The position numbers were made by a program, and so were the translations under genes. From assembly GCA_963768655.1 (NCBI GenBank), contig CAVYIM010000004.1, positions 244,761 to 308,760 of the forward strand: DNA of 64,000 nt, given 5' to 3'. This DNA is from an uncultured Chloroflexia bacterium (GTDB lineage Bacteria > Chloroflexota > Limnocylindria > Limnocylindrales > CSP1-4). The notes under the pieces were generated by a model, which ran no database searches, had not been told where the DNA came from, and saw only the letters and a program-made list of their open reading frames with translations. Position 1 is the stretch's first letter. Each line of letters begins with the position of its first letter. Of this stretch, positions 17,198 to 26,133 are shown piece after piece.

Positions 17198-18832
17198 TCA
17201 AGCCACTGACACCTGCACCTGGTCGAGCCCGGTTGCTCCCGCCGGCCCGGGGCCGCTCTGCGTTGCGGTCTGCACGGCGCCCGTCCCATCCGTCGCACGG
17301 ACCTCGATGGTGTGCGCGCCCGGCGTCGCCTGCCAGCGCACCATCCATTGCACCCACGTCGCCCTGGAGATGGCACGGCTGAGCTGGGCCGACTGCCACG
17401 GCCCGTCATCGATCCGGACGTCGACGCTCGCGACGCCGCGATCCGGTGCCCAGGCGAGCCCGTCGATGTCGACCGGTCCCGCCGCCAGGTTGGCGCCGTC
17501 GGATGGGTGGTCTATGCGCGACTCGGTCAGGATCGGCCCGTCCTTGGCCCAGCCCAGGGCGACCCAGTAGGCGTCGAACGCCTCCCGCGTGGTCAGCTCG
17601 ATCTCGGAGAGCCACTTGGTCGCCGACACGTAGCCGTAGAGGCCGGGCACGATGAGGCGGGCGGGATAGCCGTGCTCCGCCGGCAGCGGCACCCGGTTCA
17701 TGCCCACCGCGATCATCGGCTCCCTCGACGGATCGAGCGCCCACGACGTGGGAAAGCCGACCGTGAATCCGTCGACCGAGCGGCCGACGATCTGCGTGGC
17801 GCCCGCCTGCGCTCCTGCCCTGGCCAGGACCTCCTTGAGGTGGACGCCGGTCCAGAGCGTGTTGCCGATCAGGTCCCCGCCGACGGTGTTGCTCACGCAC
17901 GCGAGCGTCACGTACTGCTCGAAGAGCGGCAGCGCCACCAGCTCCGGATAGGTGAAGGTGAGGGGATGGTCGACCATGCCGGTCACCTTGAGCTGCCAGG
18001 TGGACGCGTCCACCTGCGGCACGAGCAGCTCGGTGTCGATTCGGTAGAAGCTGTCGTTGGGGATGACGATCGGAGTGATCCCGGGGGCGGCCAGCGATTC
18101 GTCGGCGGTCAGGGGCGGCGCAGTGTCGGTCGGCGCCGGCAGGTTCGCCGACACGGGGACGCCGGCGGGGTGCTGGCGATCGAGGAGCCCGCGGCCGAAG
18201 GCCCCCAGGGCGAGGGCGCCGACGAGGAAGCCCCCGGATCGAATCAGGAAGCGGCGCCGGTTCCAGTCCTGGACGAGAAAGGAGGTGGAGTCCACGGCGG
18301 CCACAGAGCTTCCTGCCCGGGCCGGGCCCGGTCGACCCACGCGCACTGGCGCCAGGAACCCGGCCTCCGCGAGAAGGATCCTGAGCGTGGCGATGCTCGC
18401 GGCCGTGGCGACCGCGGCGTTCACCGCGGCCAGGACCTGTGAATTAAGCGGCTGCAGCGCGGCGGCCGCGAAGGCGACGAATCCGAACCCAACCAGGACT
18501 TGCGCCGCGAGGCCGAAGCTGCGGCGACCCAGGCTTCCGGCAGCCGCCGCGATGAGCAGGGCCACCACGACGACCGCGACGGTCAGCGCCGTCTTGTCGT
18601 TGGTACCGAACAGCGTGGCCATGACATCCTTGGCGCCGGGTGGCTGCAGGGCGATGACGAGGCTCCCGACCGCGACGACGAGCGACGGTACTCCCGGAAT
18701 GAGCCCCGCCAGCAGCTCGCTCGCCCCTATCCCCATGGCCCCGGCGATCACTCCTGCCAGCGCGGCGCGCGGAATCGACCGCCCAGTCGAGGATCCAGGT
18801 GTCGAACGGCGGCCGGCCGCTGTCCCGGTCAT
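17198..18832 (-). CDS. Sulfite-oxidase-family molybdopterin oxidoreductase (YedY/SorA-like). It has an N-terminal polytopic membrane region and an internal twin-arginine motif (NRRRFLIRSGG).
   Basis: Mo-domain motifs FYRID, TLACVSN, GYPARLIVPG and YGY. The N-terminal ~190 aa is hydrophobic. The likely start is the ATG at 18832 (MTGTAAG) with a GGGAGA RBS. Confidence 0.7.
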   Translation of the reverse strand: MTGTAAGRRSTPGSSTGRSIPRAALAGVIAGAMGIGASELLAGLIPGVPSLVVAVGSLVIALQPPGAKDVMATLFGTNDKTALTVAVVVVALLIAAAAGSLGRRSFGLAAQVLVGFGFVAFAAAALQPLNSQVLAAVNAAVATAASIATLRILLAEAGFLAPVRVGRPGPARAGSSVAAVDSTSFLVQDWNRRRFLIRSGGFLVGALALGAFGRGLLDRQHPAGVPVSANLPAPTDTAPPLTADESLAAPGITPIVIPNDSFYRIDTELLVPQVDASTWQLKVTGMVDHPLTFTYPELVALPLFEQYVTLACVSNTVGGDLIGNTLWTGVHLKEVLARAGAQAGATQIVGRSVDGFTVGFPTSWALDPSREPMIAVGMNRVPLPAEHGYPARLIVPGLYGYVSATKWLSEIELTTREAFDAYWVALGWAKDGPILTESRIDHPSDGANLAAGPVDIDGLAWAPDRGVASVDVRIDDGPWQSAQLSRAISRATWVQWMVRWQATPGAHTIEVRATDGTGAVQTATQSGPGPAGATGLDQVQVSVA

Positions 18833-19164
18833 GAGCTGATCTCCCGATAGGCGGGGGCCTCGATGGTTGGGGCGGGGGCGGCAGTCGGTTTCACGGCGAG
18901 TAGATCTCGGCTGAGGAGCGCGGCGGCTCTCACAGCCTGCATCGTAGGCCCCCGGAACTCTGACGTGCGAATTCCCGACGGCGGTTTCAGCGGGCGTGCC
19001 GGGGGTGCGGGCGTGCCGGGGCCCGAGGTCGGGCGTCCCGGCGCGTGTCAGACCTGCGACCCGGAGGCGGCCGCAGACACGCGCCCGAGCGGCTCGGGCA
19101 TCATTGACCACGACGTGGCACTCTGGCGGCGAAGGCCGAGGCGGCTGAAGGAGAAACGCGGTCG

Positions 19165-20529
19165 ATGGCGAACGAACCCAGTCCGATGCAGAGCGTCGAA
19201 GAGGCACAGGAGCAGCTGCTGGCGGCGGTGGGCGCCCCACTGCCCGCCGAGGATGTGCCGCTCGACGAAGCGCTCGACCGAGTGCTCGCGGAGCCGATCC
19301 AGGGCGCCCTGGACGTGCCGCCCTGGGACAACAGCTCCATGGACGGGTTCGCGGTCCGCGCCGCCGACGTCGCCGGCGCCTCGCCGGAATCGCCGGTTCG
19401 GCTGCGCGTCGTGGGCGAGGTGCAGGCAGGCGGCTCGCCCGACATCGAACTGTCGTCCGGCTGCGCGATCCGGATCGCGACCGGGGCGCGGGTCCCCTCA
19501 GCGGCAGACGCGGTCGTGCCCGTCGAGTCGACGATCGTCCTGGAGATGGGGAGTGGCCCCGCGGGCGGCGACGCTGCGGGTTCCGGCTCGCCGCGTGCGA
19601 TGGGGTTCCGGGCGGGCGAGCCGCTGCCCGAGGCCTGCCTGGTGACCGCCGGCGTCGACCCGGGCGCCTTCATCCGTCGTCGCGGCGAAGACGTGCGCGC
19701 GGGAACGGTCGTGCTCGAACCCGGTCGGCGCCTCAGGCCGGCGCAGATCGCGCTGAGCGCGGCAGTCGGCCTGGGTTCTGTGAGGGTCCATCGCCGGCCG
19801 GTGGTGGGCGTGCTGTCCACCGGGGACGAGCTGCGTCGTGCCGGGCAGCCGCTCGGCGAGCTGGGCATCCCCGACGCCAACCGGCCCGGCCTGCTCGCGC
19901 TGTGCCGCGGTACGGGCGCGCTGGCGGTCGATCTCGGGATCGCCGGCGACACGGTCGAATTGGTCCTCGGCGCCCTGCGACCCGCGGTCGGGCGGGCGGA
20001 CGTGCTGATCGTGAGCGGCGGCGTGTCGGTCGGGCCGTACGACGTAGTTCGGGCGGCGTTCGAGGAGATCGGCCGGGTGGAGCTGTGGCGGGTCGCCGTC
20101 CAGCCCGGCAAACCGTTCGCGTTCGGCCGGTCGATGCCCCGCGAGTCGGACGGACGGAGGGTGCTTCTGCTCGGCCTGCCCGGCAACCCGGTGTCGACCT
20201 TCGTCACCTTCCAGCTGTTCGTCTGGCCGGTCCTGGAGCGGCTTTCCGGCATCCCGTCCCCGACCGTGGACGCAGACCGGGCGGTCACGGAGGACAGGCT
20301 GCGCAAGGACGTTGGGAGGCGCGGCTTCCTCCGGGTCGTGGTGATCCGCGACGAGCGGGGCGACCCGGTTCGCGACGGTCGGGGCAGGTTGCGGGTCCGC
20401 CAGGCCGGCCACCAGGGCAGCCATGTGCTGAGTGCTTTGGCCGCCGCCGACGCGCTCGCCGTCGTGCCGGAAGCGGCAGGCGAGCTGGAACCCGGAGCGG
20501 AGGTGGAGATCCGATGGCTGCGAAGGTGA
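19165..20529 (+). CDS. moeA: Molybdopterin molybdotransferase MoeA
   Basis: PPWDNSSMDGFAV and the MoeA domain arrangement. Confidence 0.85.
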   Translation: MANEPSPMQSVEEAQEQLLAAVGAPLPAEDVPLDEALDRVLAEPIQGALDVPPWDNSSMDGFAVRAADVAGASPESPVRLRVVGEVQAGGSPDIELSSGCAIRIATGARVPSAADAVVPVESTIVLEMGSGPAGGDAAGSGSPRAMGFRAGEPLPEACLVTAGVDPGAFIRRRGEDVRAGTVVLEPGRRLRPAQIALSAAVGLGSVRVHRRPVVGVLSTGDELRRAGQPLGELGIPDANRPGLLALCRGTGALAVDLGIAGDTVELVLGALRPAVGRADVLIVSGGVSVGPYDVVRAAFEEIGRVELWRVAVQPGKPFAFGRSMPRESDGRRVLLLGLPGNPVSTFVTFQLFVWPVLERLSGIPSPTVDADRAVTEDRLRKDVGRRGFLRVVVIRDERGDPVRDGRGRLRVRQAGHQGSHVLSALAAADALAVVPEAAGELEPGAEVEIRWLRR

Positions 20530-21143
20530 AGGCCGGCGACCGCGGCGCGGGCTCGGGTCCCGGCGAGAAGTCGGAGATGGCTGGCGACCGGGGTGGGGGA
20601 GATCGCCGCGCGCTGGTCGTGACGGTGAGCGACGGGGTCTCGGCAGGCCTGCGCGAGGACGTCAGCGGCAATGCGGTGGCCGGGCGGCTCGACGAGCTCG
20701 GCTTCGCGGTCGAGCGGGCGGTCGTGCCCGATGAGCAAGCCCAGATCGGGCGACTCCTGGCCGCGGCGGCCGAAGGCCACGAGCTCATCCTCACCACAGG
20801 CGGCACCGGTCTGACGCCGCGCGACGTGACGCCCCAGGCTACCCTCACCGTCCTCGACTACGAGGTGCCGGGCCTGCCCGAGCGGATGCGATCGGAGGGC
20901 GCGCGATCTACCCCGATGGCGTACCTGAGCCGGGCCGTGGCCGGAGTGCTGCGGCGGTGCCTCATCGTCAACCTGCCGGGCAGCCCGGGCGGCGCGCTGG
21001 ACTCCCTGGCGGCGCTCGAGCCGATCCTGGACCACGCCCTGGTGACGCTCGCCGGGCCGTTCGACCACGACGAGGGTCGCGGCGGCGGCCGGGCGCTCCG
21101 TGCCGATCCGGCGAGGCGGCCGCCTCGCGTCCCGCGTTCCTGA
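20514..21143 (+). CDS. MogA/MoaB-family molybdenum cofactor biosynthesis protein
   Basis: ALVVTVSDG...LILTTGGTGLTPRDVT. Start overlaps the MoeA stop. Confidence 0.8.
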   Translation: MAAKVKAGDRGAGSGPGEKSEMAGDRGGGDRRALVVTVSDGVSAGLREDVSGNAVAGRLDELGFAVERAVVPDEQAQIGRLLAAAAEGHELILTTGGTGLTPRDVTPQATLTVLDYEVPGLPERMRSEGARSTPMAYLSRAVAGVLRRCLIVNLPGSPGGALDSLAALEPILDHALVTLAGPFDHDEGRGGGRALRADPARRPPRVPRS

Positions 21144-21197
21144 GGCACCCCGGCCACACCTAGGTATGTTGGCCCGAGTCGGCTAGACTTCCTAGGT

Positions 21198-21632
21198 ATG
21201 GAAGATCACACCAGTCGGAGGGCAAGCCTCCGCGTCGGCCAGGCGGCCGAGATGCTCGGCGTGTCCATCGAGACGCTTCGCCGCTGGGACAGCGAGGGCC
21301 GCCTCCGGATGGAGCGCTCGGCCGGCGGCCAGCGCCGCGTCGCAATAGCCGAGGTATCCCGACTCCTCGACGAGCGGCGGCGATCGACCGCGGACCGCCC
21401 GATCGTGGCCCAGTCGGCGCGCAACCGCTTCCCGGGCGTCGTCACACGGGTCGAGCTGGACGCGGTGGCGGCCGTGGTCGAGGTCATGGCCGGGCCGCAC
21501 CGGTTGGTGAGCCTGGTGACCGCCGAGGCCGTCAGGGAGCTCGGTCTCAAGGTCGGCGACGAGGTGGTGTGCATCGTGAAGGCCACGAACGTCATGGTCG
21601 AGATCCCATCAACCAGAGAGGCACGCGCATGA
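21198..21632 (+). CDS. MerR-HTH + TOBE (Mop) domain molybdenum-responsive regulator (ModE-like)
   Basis: N-terminal HTH (LRVGQAAEMLGVSIETLRRWD) and C-terminal TOBE domain (RNRFPGVVTRVE...VVCIVKATNVMV). Confidence 0.65.
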   Translation: MEDHTSRRASLRVGQAAEMLGVSIETLRRWDSEGRLRMERSAGGQRRVAIAEVSRLLDERRRSTADRPIVAQSARNRFPGVVTRVELDAVAAVVEVMAGPHRLVSLVTAEAVRELGLKVGDEVVCIVKATNVMVEIPSTREARA

Positions 21633-22486
21633 GAACCCGTTTCGCCGCATCGATCACCGCCCTCGCCCTCGTGGTAGCGGCATGTTCGAGTGGCGCTACA
21701 CCGTCACCCAGCGCTCAGCCGACCGCCGCTCCCGCGACCCCAGCGCCGGCCACGAGCGTTCCCGCGACTGCGGCGCCCGCCAGTCTCACGATCTACGGCG
21801 CGTCGTCGCTCGGCGCGGTCCTGGCCCAGGTGAAGACCACCTACGAGGCGGCCAACCCGGGCACGACGCTCACGATCTCGACCGACTCGTCGTCCGCGCT
21901 CGAGACGCAGATCGAGCAGGGCGCCCCGGCGGACGTGTTCCTGTCGGCAGACACCACGAACCCGCAGAAACTGGTCGATGCGGGCCTTGCCGCCGGCGGC
22001 ATCACGAAGTTCGCCGGCAACCTCCTGACCGTCATCGTCCCGACAGGGAACCCGGCGGGCATCCAGACTCCGGCCGACCTGGCCAAGCTCGGGGTCAAGG
22101 TGATCGCCGCCGGTGACACCGTGCCGATCACGAAGTACGCGAACCAGCTCGTGGCGAACCTGGCCACGCAGCCCGGCTACCCGGCCGACTTCGTTGCGAA
22201 GTACAACGCCAACATCGTTTCCAAGCAGGCCAACGTAGCCGCGGTCGTGTCCCAGATCGCGCTCGGCGAAGGCGACGCCGCGATCGTGTATGTAACCGAC
22301 GCGAAGACCTCCACGAACGTCGTGCCGATCGCGGTGCCGGCGGCGGCGAACGTGCTTGCCACCTACTCCGGCGTGGTGATCAAGGCATCCGCGAACGTGA
22401 GCGCGGCCCAGGCGTTCCTGGCCTGGCTCGCGGGGCCGAGCGGGCAGGCCATACTCGCCTCGTTCGGGTTCCTGCCGCCGTCCTGA
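21629..22486 (+). CDS. modA: Molybdate ABC transporter substrate-binding protein ModA (lipoprotein)
   Basis: Signal/lipobox ALALVVAACSS and ModA-like periplasmic domain. Confidence 0.8.
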   Translation: MRTRFAASITALALVVAACSSGATPSPSAQPTAAPATPAPATSVPATAAPASLTIYGASSLGAVLAQVKTTYEAANPGTTLTISTDSSSALETQIEQGAPADVFLSADTTNPQKLVDAGLAAGGITKFAGNLLTVIVPTGNPAGIQTPADLAKLGVKVIAAGDTVPITKYANQLVANLATQPGYPADFVAKYNANIVSKQANVAAVVSQIALGEGDAAIVYVTDAKTSTNVVPIAVPAAANVLATYSGVVIKASANVSAAQAFLAWLAGPSGQAILASFGFLPPS

Positions 22487-22497
22487 TCGAACCAACC

Positions 22498-23367
22498 ATG
22501 GCTCGACCGAGTGGCGGAGTGCCGGTGCATGCGAGCCGGGCGGCCCGCGTCCAGTCGCGGCGACGTGGCTGGGGCTCTCGGTCGCTCGCCGCCTTCGCCG
22601 GCCTGGCGGCGCTGTTCCTGGGCCTGCCGGTCGCCGTGCTCGTCTGGAGGGCGATCCTCGATGGGTCGCTGGCTCGCGCCCTGACGACGCAGGTCGTCGT
22701 CGAGGCGCTGGCCCTGAGCCTCACGACGACGGCGATCAGCCTGGTCATTACGGTCGCCTTCGGCTTGCCCCTCGCCTACGTCCTGGCCCGGCGACGGTTC
22801 CGGCTCTCCGGATTGGTCGAGGCGATCGTCGATCTGCCGCTGGTCCTGCCACCTTCCGTGGCCGGTCTCGCTCTGCTGCTCGCGCTGGGCCGGCGCGGCT
22901 TCCTGGGCGGGCCGCTCGAGGCCGTCGGGATCGAGATCCCCTTCACGACCTTCGCCGTCATCTTGGCCCAGACGTTCGTCTCGGCGCCGTTCTTCATCCG
23001 ATCGGCGCGAACCGGGATCGCGAGCGTGGACCGCGACCTGGAGGACGCCGCGCGGGTCGACGGCGCCTCGGAGATGACGGTCTTCCGGCACATCACCGTC
23101 CCCCTGGCCGGCAGCGCTCTCGCCGCCGGCCTCGTCATGAGCTGGGCGCGCTCACTCGGCGAGTTCGGGGCCACCATCATGTTCGCCGGAAACCTCGAGG
23201 GCCGGACGCAGACGCTCCCGCTCGTCGTATACGGCCAGTTCGAGGGCGGCGACCTGGATGGGTCCATCGCCGCGGCTGCGATCCTGATCCTGGCCGCCTT
23301 CGGTGTCCTCGTCGCGGTCCGGTTGCTTCATTGGAGACGCGCGCTGGACATCCGGAGCCTCGGCTGA
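22498..23367 (+). CDS. modB: Molybdate ABC transporter permease ModB
   Basis: ABC permease signature region (EAA-like). Sits right after modA. Confidence 0.8.
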   Translation: MARPSGGVPVHASRAARVQSRRRGWGSRSLAAFAGLAALFLGLPVAVLVWRAILDGSLARALTTQVVVEALALSLTTTAISLVITVAFGLPLAYVLARRRFRLSGLVEAIVDLPLVLPPSVAGLALLLALGRRGFLGGPLEAVGIEIPFTTFAVILAQTFVSAPFFIRSARTGIASVDRDLEDAARVDGASEMTVFRHITVPLAGSALAAGLVMSWARSLGEFGATIMFAGNLEGRTQTLPLVVYGQFEGGDLDGSIAAAAILILAAFGVLVAVRLLHWRRALDIRSLG

Positions 23368-23482
23368 CGGCACGTCGGGCCACGCCCCGTGTAGCTCGGG
23401 CACCGGCCCTACACTGGGCATCGAGGTTCCACCGCGAGTCGGGCCAGAACGTCCGGCGGCGGTTTCTCTGGAGGCACGGCCC

Positions 23483-23695
23483 ATGAAGCTGAGCGCTCGG
23501 AACCAGTTCCCGGGCACCGTCAGGACGGTGACCCCGGGGCAGGTCATGGCCGAGGTCGTCGTCGACGTGGCCGGCGGCCACGAGATCGTGGCGGCGATCA
23601 CGGCCGAGTCCGCCCGCCGGCTAGGCCTGGCGCCCGGGAAGCGCGTCGTCGCCGTCGTCAAGTCGACCGAGGTGATGATCGGGGTCGACGACTGA
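23483..23695 (+). CDS. Stand-alone TOBE/Mop molybdate-binding protein (70 aa)
   Basis: MKLSARNQFPGTVRTV...VVAVVKSTEVMI. GGAGG RBS before the ATG at 23483. Confidence 0.7.
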   Translation: MKLSARNQFPGTVRTVTPGQVMAEVVVDVAGGHEIVAAITAESARRLGLAPGKRVVAVVKSTEVMIGVDD

Positions 23696-23708
23696 CTCGG
23701 TCGGACCT

Positions 23709-24326
23709 CTAGCGTACTGACCGAGCCCGATCCTTCGACTCGCTGCGCCGCAGCCGCGCCCTCGCGCCTGCGGGCATGCCCGTGCCTCCGCGCGCCGCGA
23801 CCTCGACTTCGGCCGCCTTCTCCGCCTCGAGCTCCTCGAGCGCAGAGGCCGGTGTCCGGTCGCACGTTCCGTCGCCGAGCGAGAGCACCTCGATGGGGTC
23901 GCCGATCCGAACCTCGCCGGCTGCCCGGACGACCGCGAAGAGGCCCTCTCGGGGCATGACACAGTCGCCGGCCTGGTAGTAGATCGCGCACTTCGTATGG
24001 CAGACCTTGCCGATCTGGCTGATCTCGAGGACGGCGGACCGTCCGATCCTGATCACGCTCCCGATCGGCATGGCCAGCAGGTCGATCCCGGAGGTCGTGA
24101 TGTTCTCAGCGAAGTCCCCCGGGCCGACATGGAGGCCCTCCGCCACCATCTTGTCGATCAATTCCTGCCCCAGGAGCGACACCTGGCGGTGCCAGTCTCC
24201 GGCGTGGGCATCGCCCTCGAACCCGCGATCGAAGACGAGCGTGCCTCTGTTCCCCCGAGTCTTGCGGACGGTTCTACGCGCGCTCTGATTGACCGAAACC
24301 ACGGCTCCCGGACTGGGCAGGGGCAT
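23709..24326 (-). CDS. MOSC domain-containing protein
   Basis: VGPGDFAENITTSGIDL...RIGDPIEV is a MOSC beta-barrel pattern. Confidence 0.65.
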   Translation of the reverse strand: MPLPSPGAVVSVNQSARRTVRKTRGNRGTLVFDRGFEGDAHAGDWHRQVSLLGQELIDKMVAEGLHVGPGDFAENITTSGIDLLAMPIGSVIRIGRSAVLEISQIGKVCHTKCAIYYQAGDCVMPREGLFAVVRAAGEVRIGDPIEVLSLGDGTCDRTPASALEELEAEKAAEVEVAARGGTGMPAGARARLRRSESKDRARSVR

Positions 24327-24329
24327 CGC

Positions 24330-24815
24330 CTATGACTCCTCTCCGCGCAGCCATCGCCCGGACTTTCCGCCCTCTTTGAGCAGAAGCCCGAGGCCGTCGA
24401 CGGTCATGCCCCGGTCGACCGCCTTGCACATGTCGTACAGCGTGAGCGCGGCCACTCCGGCGGCGGTCAGCGCCTCCATCTCGACGCCCGTGGCGCCGTT
24501 CGTCTCAACCGTGGCCCGGATTCGTACACCGTCGCCGACGGGCTCGAACTCGACGCTGGCGTGCGTCAGCGCCAGTGGATGGCAGAGCGGGATGAGCTCG
24601 CTCGTCCGCTTCGCCGCCATGATGCCGGCCACCCGGGCGACGGCGAACACGTCGCCCTTGGGCACCCGGTCCTCGACGATCATCGCCAGCGTCTCGCCGT
24701 GCATGTGGACGACCGCGCCCGCGACCGCCCGGCGGTGGGAGATCTCCTTCCCGGCCACGTCCACCATGCGCGCGGCGCCGTGCTCGTCGACGTGAGTGAG
24801 GTGCTCCTCGCCCAT
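24330..24815 (-). CDS. moaC: Cyclic pyranopterin monophosphate synthase MoaC
   Basis: [18 protein letters not shown]...[28 protein letters not shown]. Confidence 0.85.
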   Translation of the reverse strand: MGEEHLTHVDEHGAARMVDVAGKEISHRRAVAGAVVHMHGETLAMIVEDRVPKGDVFAVARVAGIMAAKRTSELIPLCHPLALTHASVEFEPVGDGVRIRATVETNGATGVEMEALTAAGVAALTLYDMCKAVDRGMTVDGLGLLLKEGGKSGRWLRGEES

Positions 24816-24819
24816 CGGC

Positions 24820-25842
24820 TCAACCTCCGATCTGCGACATCCGGCGGACCGTGCCGGTGCGCAGGTTGTGCGACTCGGGCTTCGCGGCCAGCGCCGCCTG
24901 TATGAGCGAGCGCAGGCCGGCCTCGTTGCCGTGACGGAGCACCCAGCGCGCGTCGAAGTCGTCGTCCGAGAAGAGACAGGTACGTAGCTTGCCATCGGCG
25001 GTCAGCCGGAGCCGATTGCACTGGCTGCAGAAGGGGTTCGACAGGGCCGAGATGACCCCGATGGTGCCTCGCGCGCCCGCGAACCGGTAGTAGCGTGCCG
25101 GGCCCCAGCCGCCGGGCGCATCGTCCCGCTCGACCGGCTCCAGCTCGCCGAGACCAGCGCCCGCACCCTCAGCGGCGAGGCCGGCCAGAATCTCGTTGCT
25201 CGGGACGTGCTCCGCTTCCGTCCAGTCGGCGAGGCCGTTGCCGCGCCCACCGCAATCGTCCCCGCCGCCGATGGGCATGTACTCGATGAAACGTACGTGC
25301 ACGGGGCGATCCATCGTCAGCCTGGCGAAGGACACCAGGTCCTGCCGAAGGGAGCGCATGACGACTACGTTGATCTTGACTGGGTGCATGCCTGCGGCAA
25401 AGGCCGCGTCGATACCGGCCAGTGCGTCCTCGAGCCTGCCGCCTCTGGTCGCGTTCGCGTAGACGTCCGGGTCGAGTGAGTCGAGCGAGATGTTCACCCG
25501 TTCGATGCCGGCCGCGGCCAGATCGCGGGCCAGGCGGGGCAGAAGCGTGCCATTGGTCGTGATGGCGACCGACTCGATGCCGTTCAGCGCGCGCAGCCGG
25601 CGCGCCAGATCCGCGATCCCCTTGCGGAGCAGCGGTTCGCCTCCAGTCAGGCGGATCTTCGAGAAGCCTTCGGCCGCGACCGCGGCGGCGAACCGCACGA
25701 TCTCATCGAAAGTGAGGAGCTCCGACCGGTCGCGCCAGGCCACACCTCCGCTCGGCATGCAGTAGACACAACGCAGGTTGCAGCGATCCGTGACCGAAAT
25801 CCGGAGGTAGTCGATCCGGCGGCCGAAGGAGTCGACAGCCAT
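24820..25842 (-). CDS. moaA: GTP 3',8-cyclase MoaA (radical SAM). The ORF extends to 25968, but the start is probably the internal ATG.
   Basis: Radical-SAM motif CNLRCVYC and C-terminal [18 protein letters not shown]. Confidence 0.85.
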   Translation of the reverse strand: MAVDSFGRRIDYLRISVTDRCNLRCVYCMPSGGVAWRDRSELLTFDEIVRFAAAVAAEGFSKIRLTGGEPLLRKGIADLARRLRALNGIESVAITTNGTLLPRLARDLAAAGIERVNISLDSLDPDVYANATRGGRLEDALAGIDAAFAAGMHPVKINVVVMRSLRQDLVSFARLTMDRPVHVRFIEYMPIGGGDDCGGRGNGLADWTEAEHVPSNEILAGLAAEGAGAGLGELEPVERDDAPGGWGPARYYRFAGARGTIGVISALSNPFCSQCNRLRLTADGKLRTCLFSDDDFDARWVLRHGNEAGLRSLIQAALAAKPESHNLRTGTVRRMSQIGG

Positions 25843-26133
25843 CGCGTTGCGCAACCCTTCGCTTGGCACGACCGCCGGACGGGGTCGCAGCTCGGCAGGT
25901 TTCAGCGCGAGCGCGGCCGCCCTCAGAACCTGTCGCTGCATGAGGCTCCCCGAATTGGGTCCGGTCATCTACCAGTCATCCGAGCGTCACTCTCGCGAGA
26001 GGATAACGGACCCGTTTGCCCGCTTGAGGGGCCGTTGGGCTCCATCGCGCGGGCAGGTTGACCGGTCGACGCCCACCCGCAAAGGCGGTCGAAACGGTCG
26101 TGCGGGTGGCGCCGAGCCGGCGTGCACCGCAGC

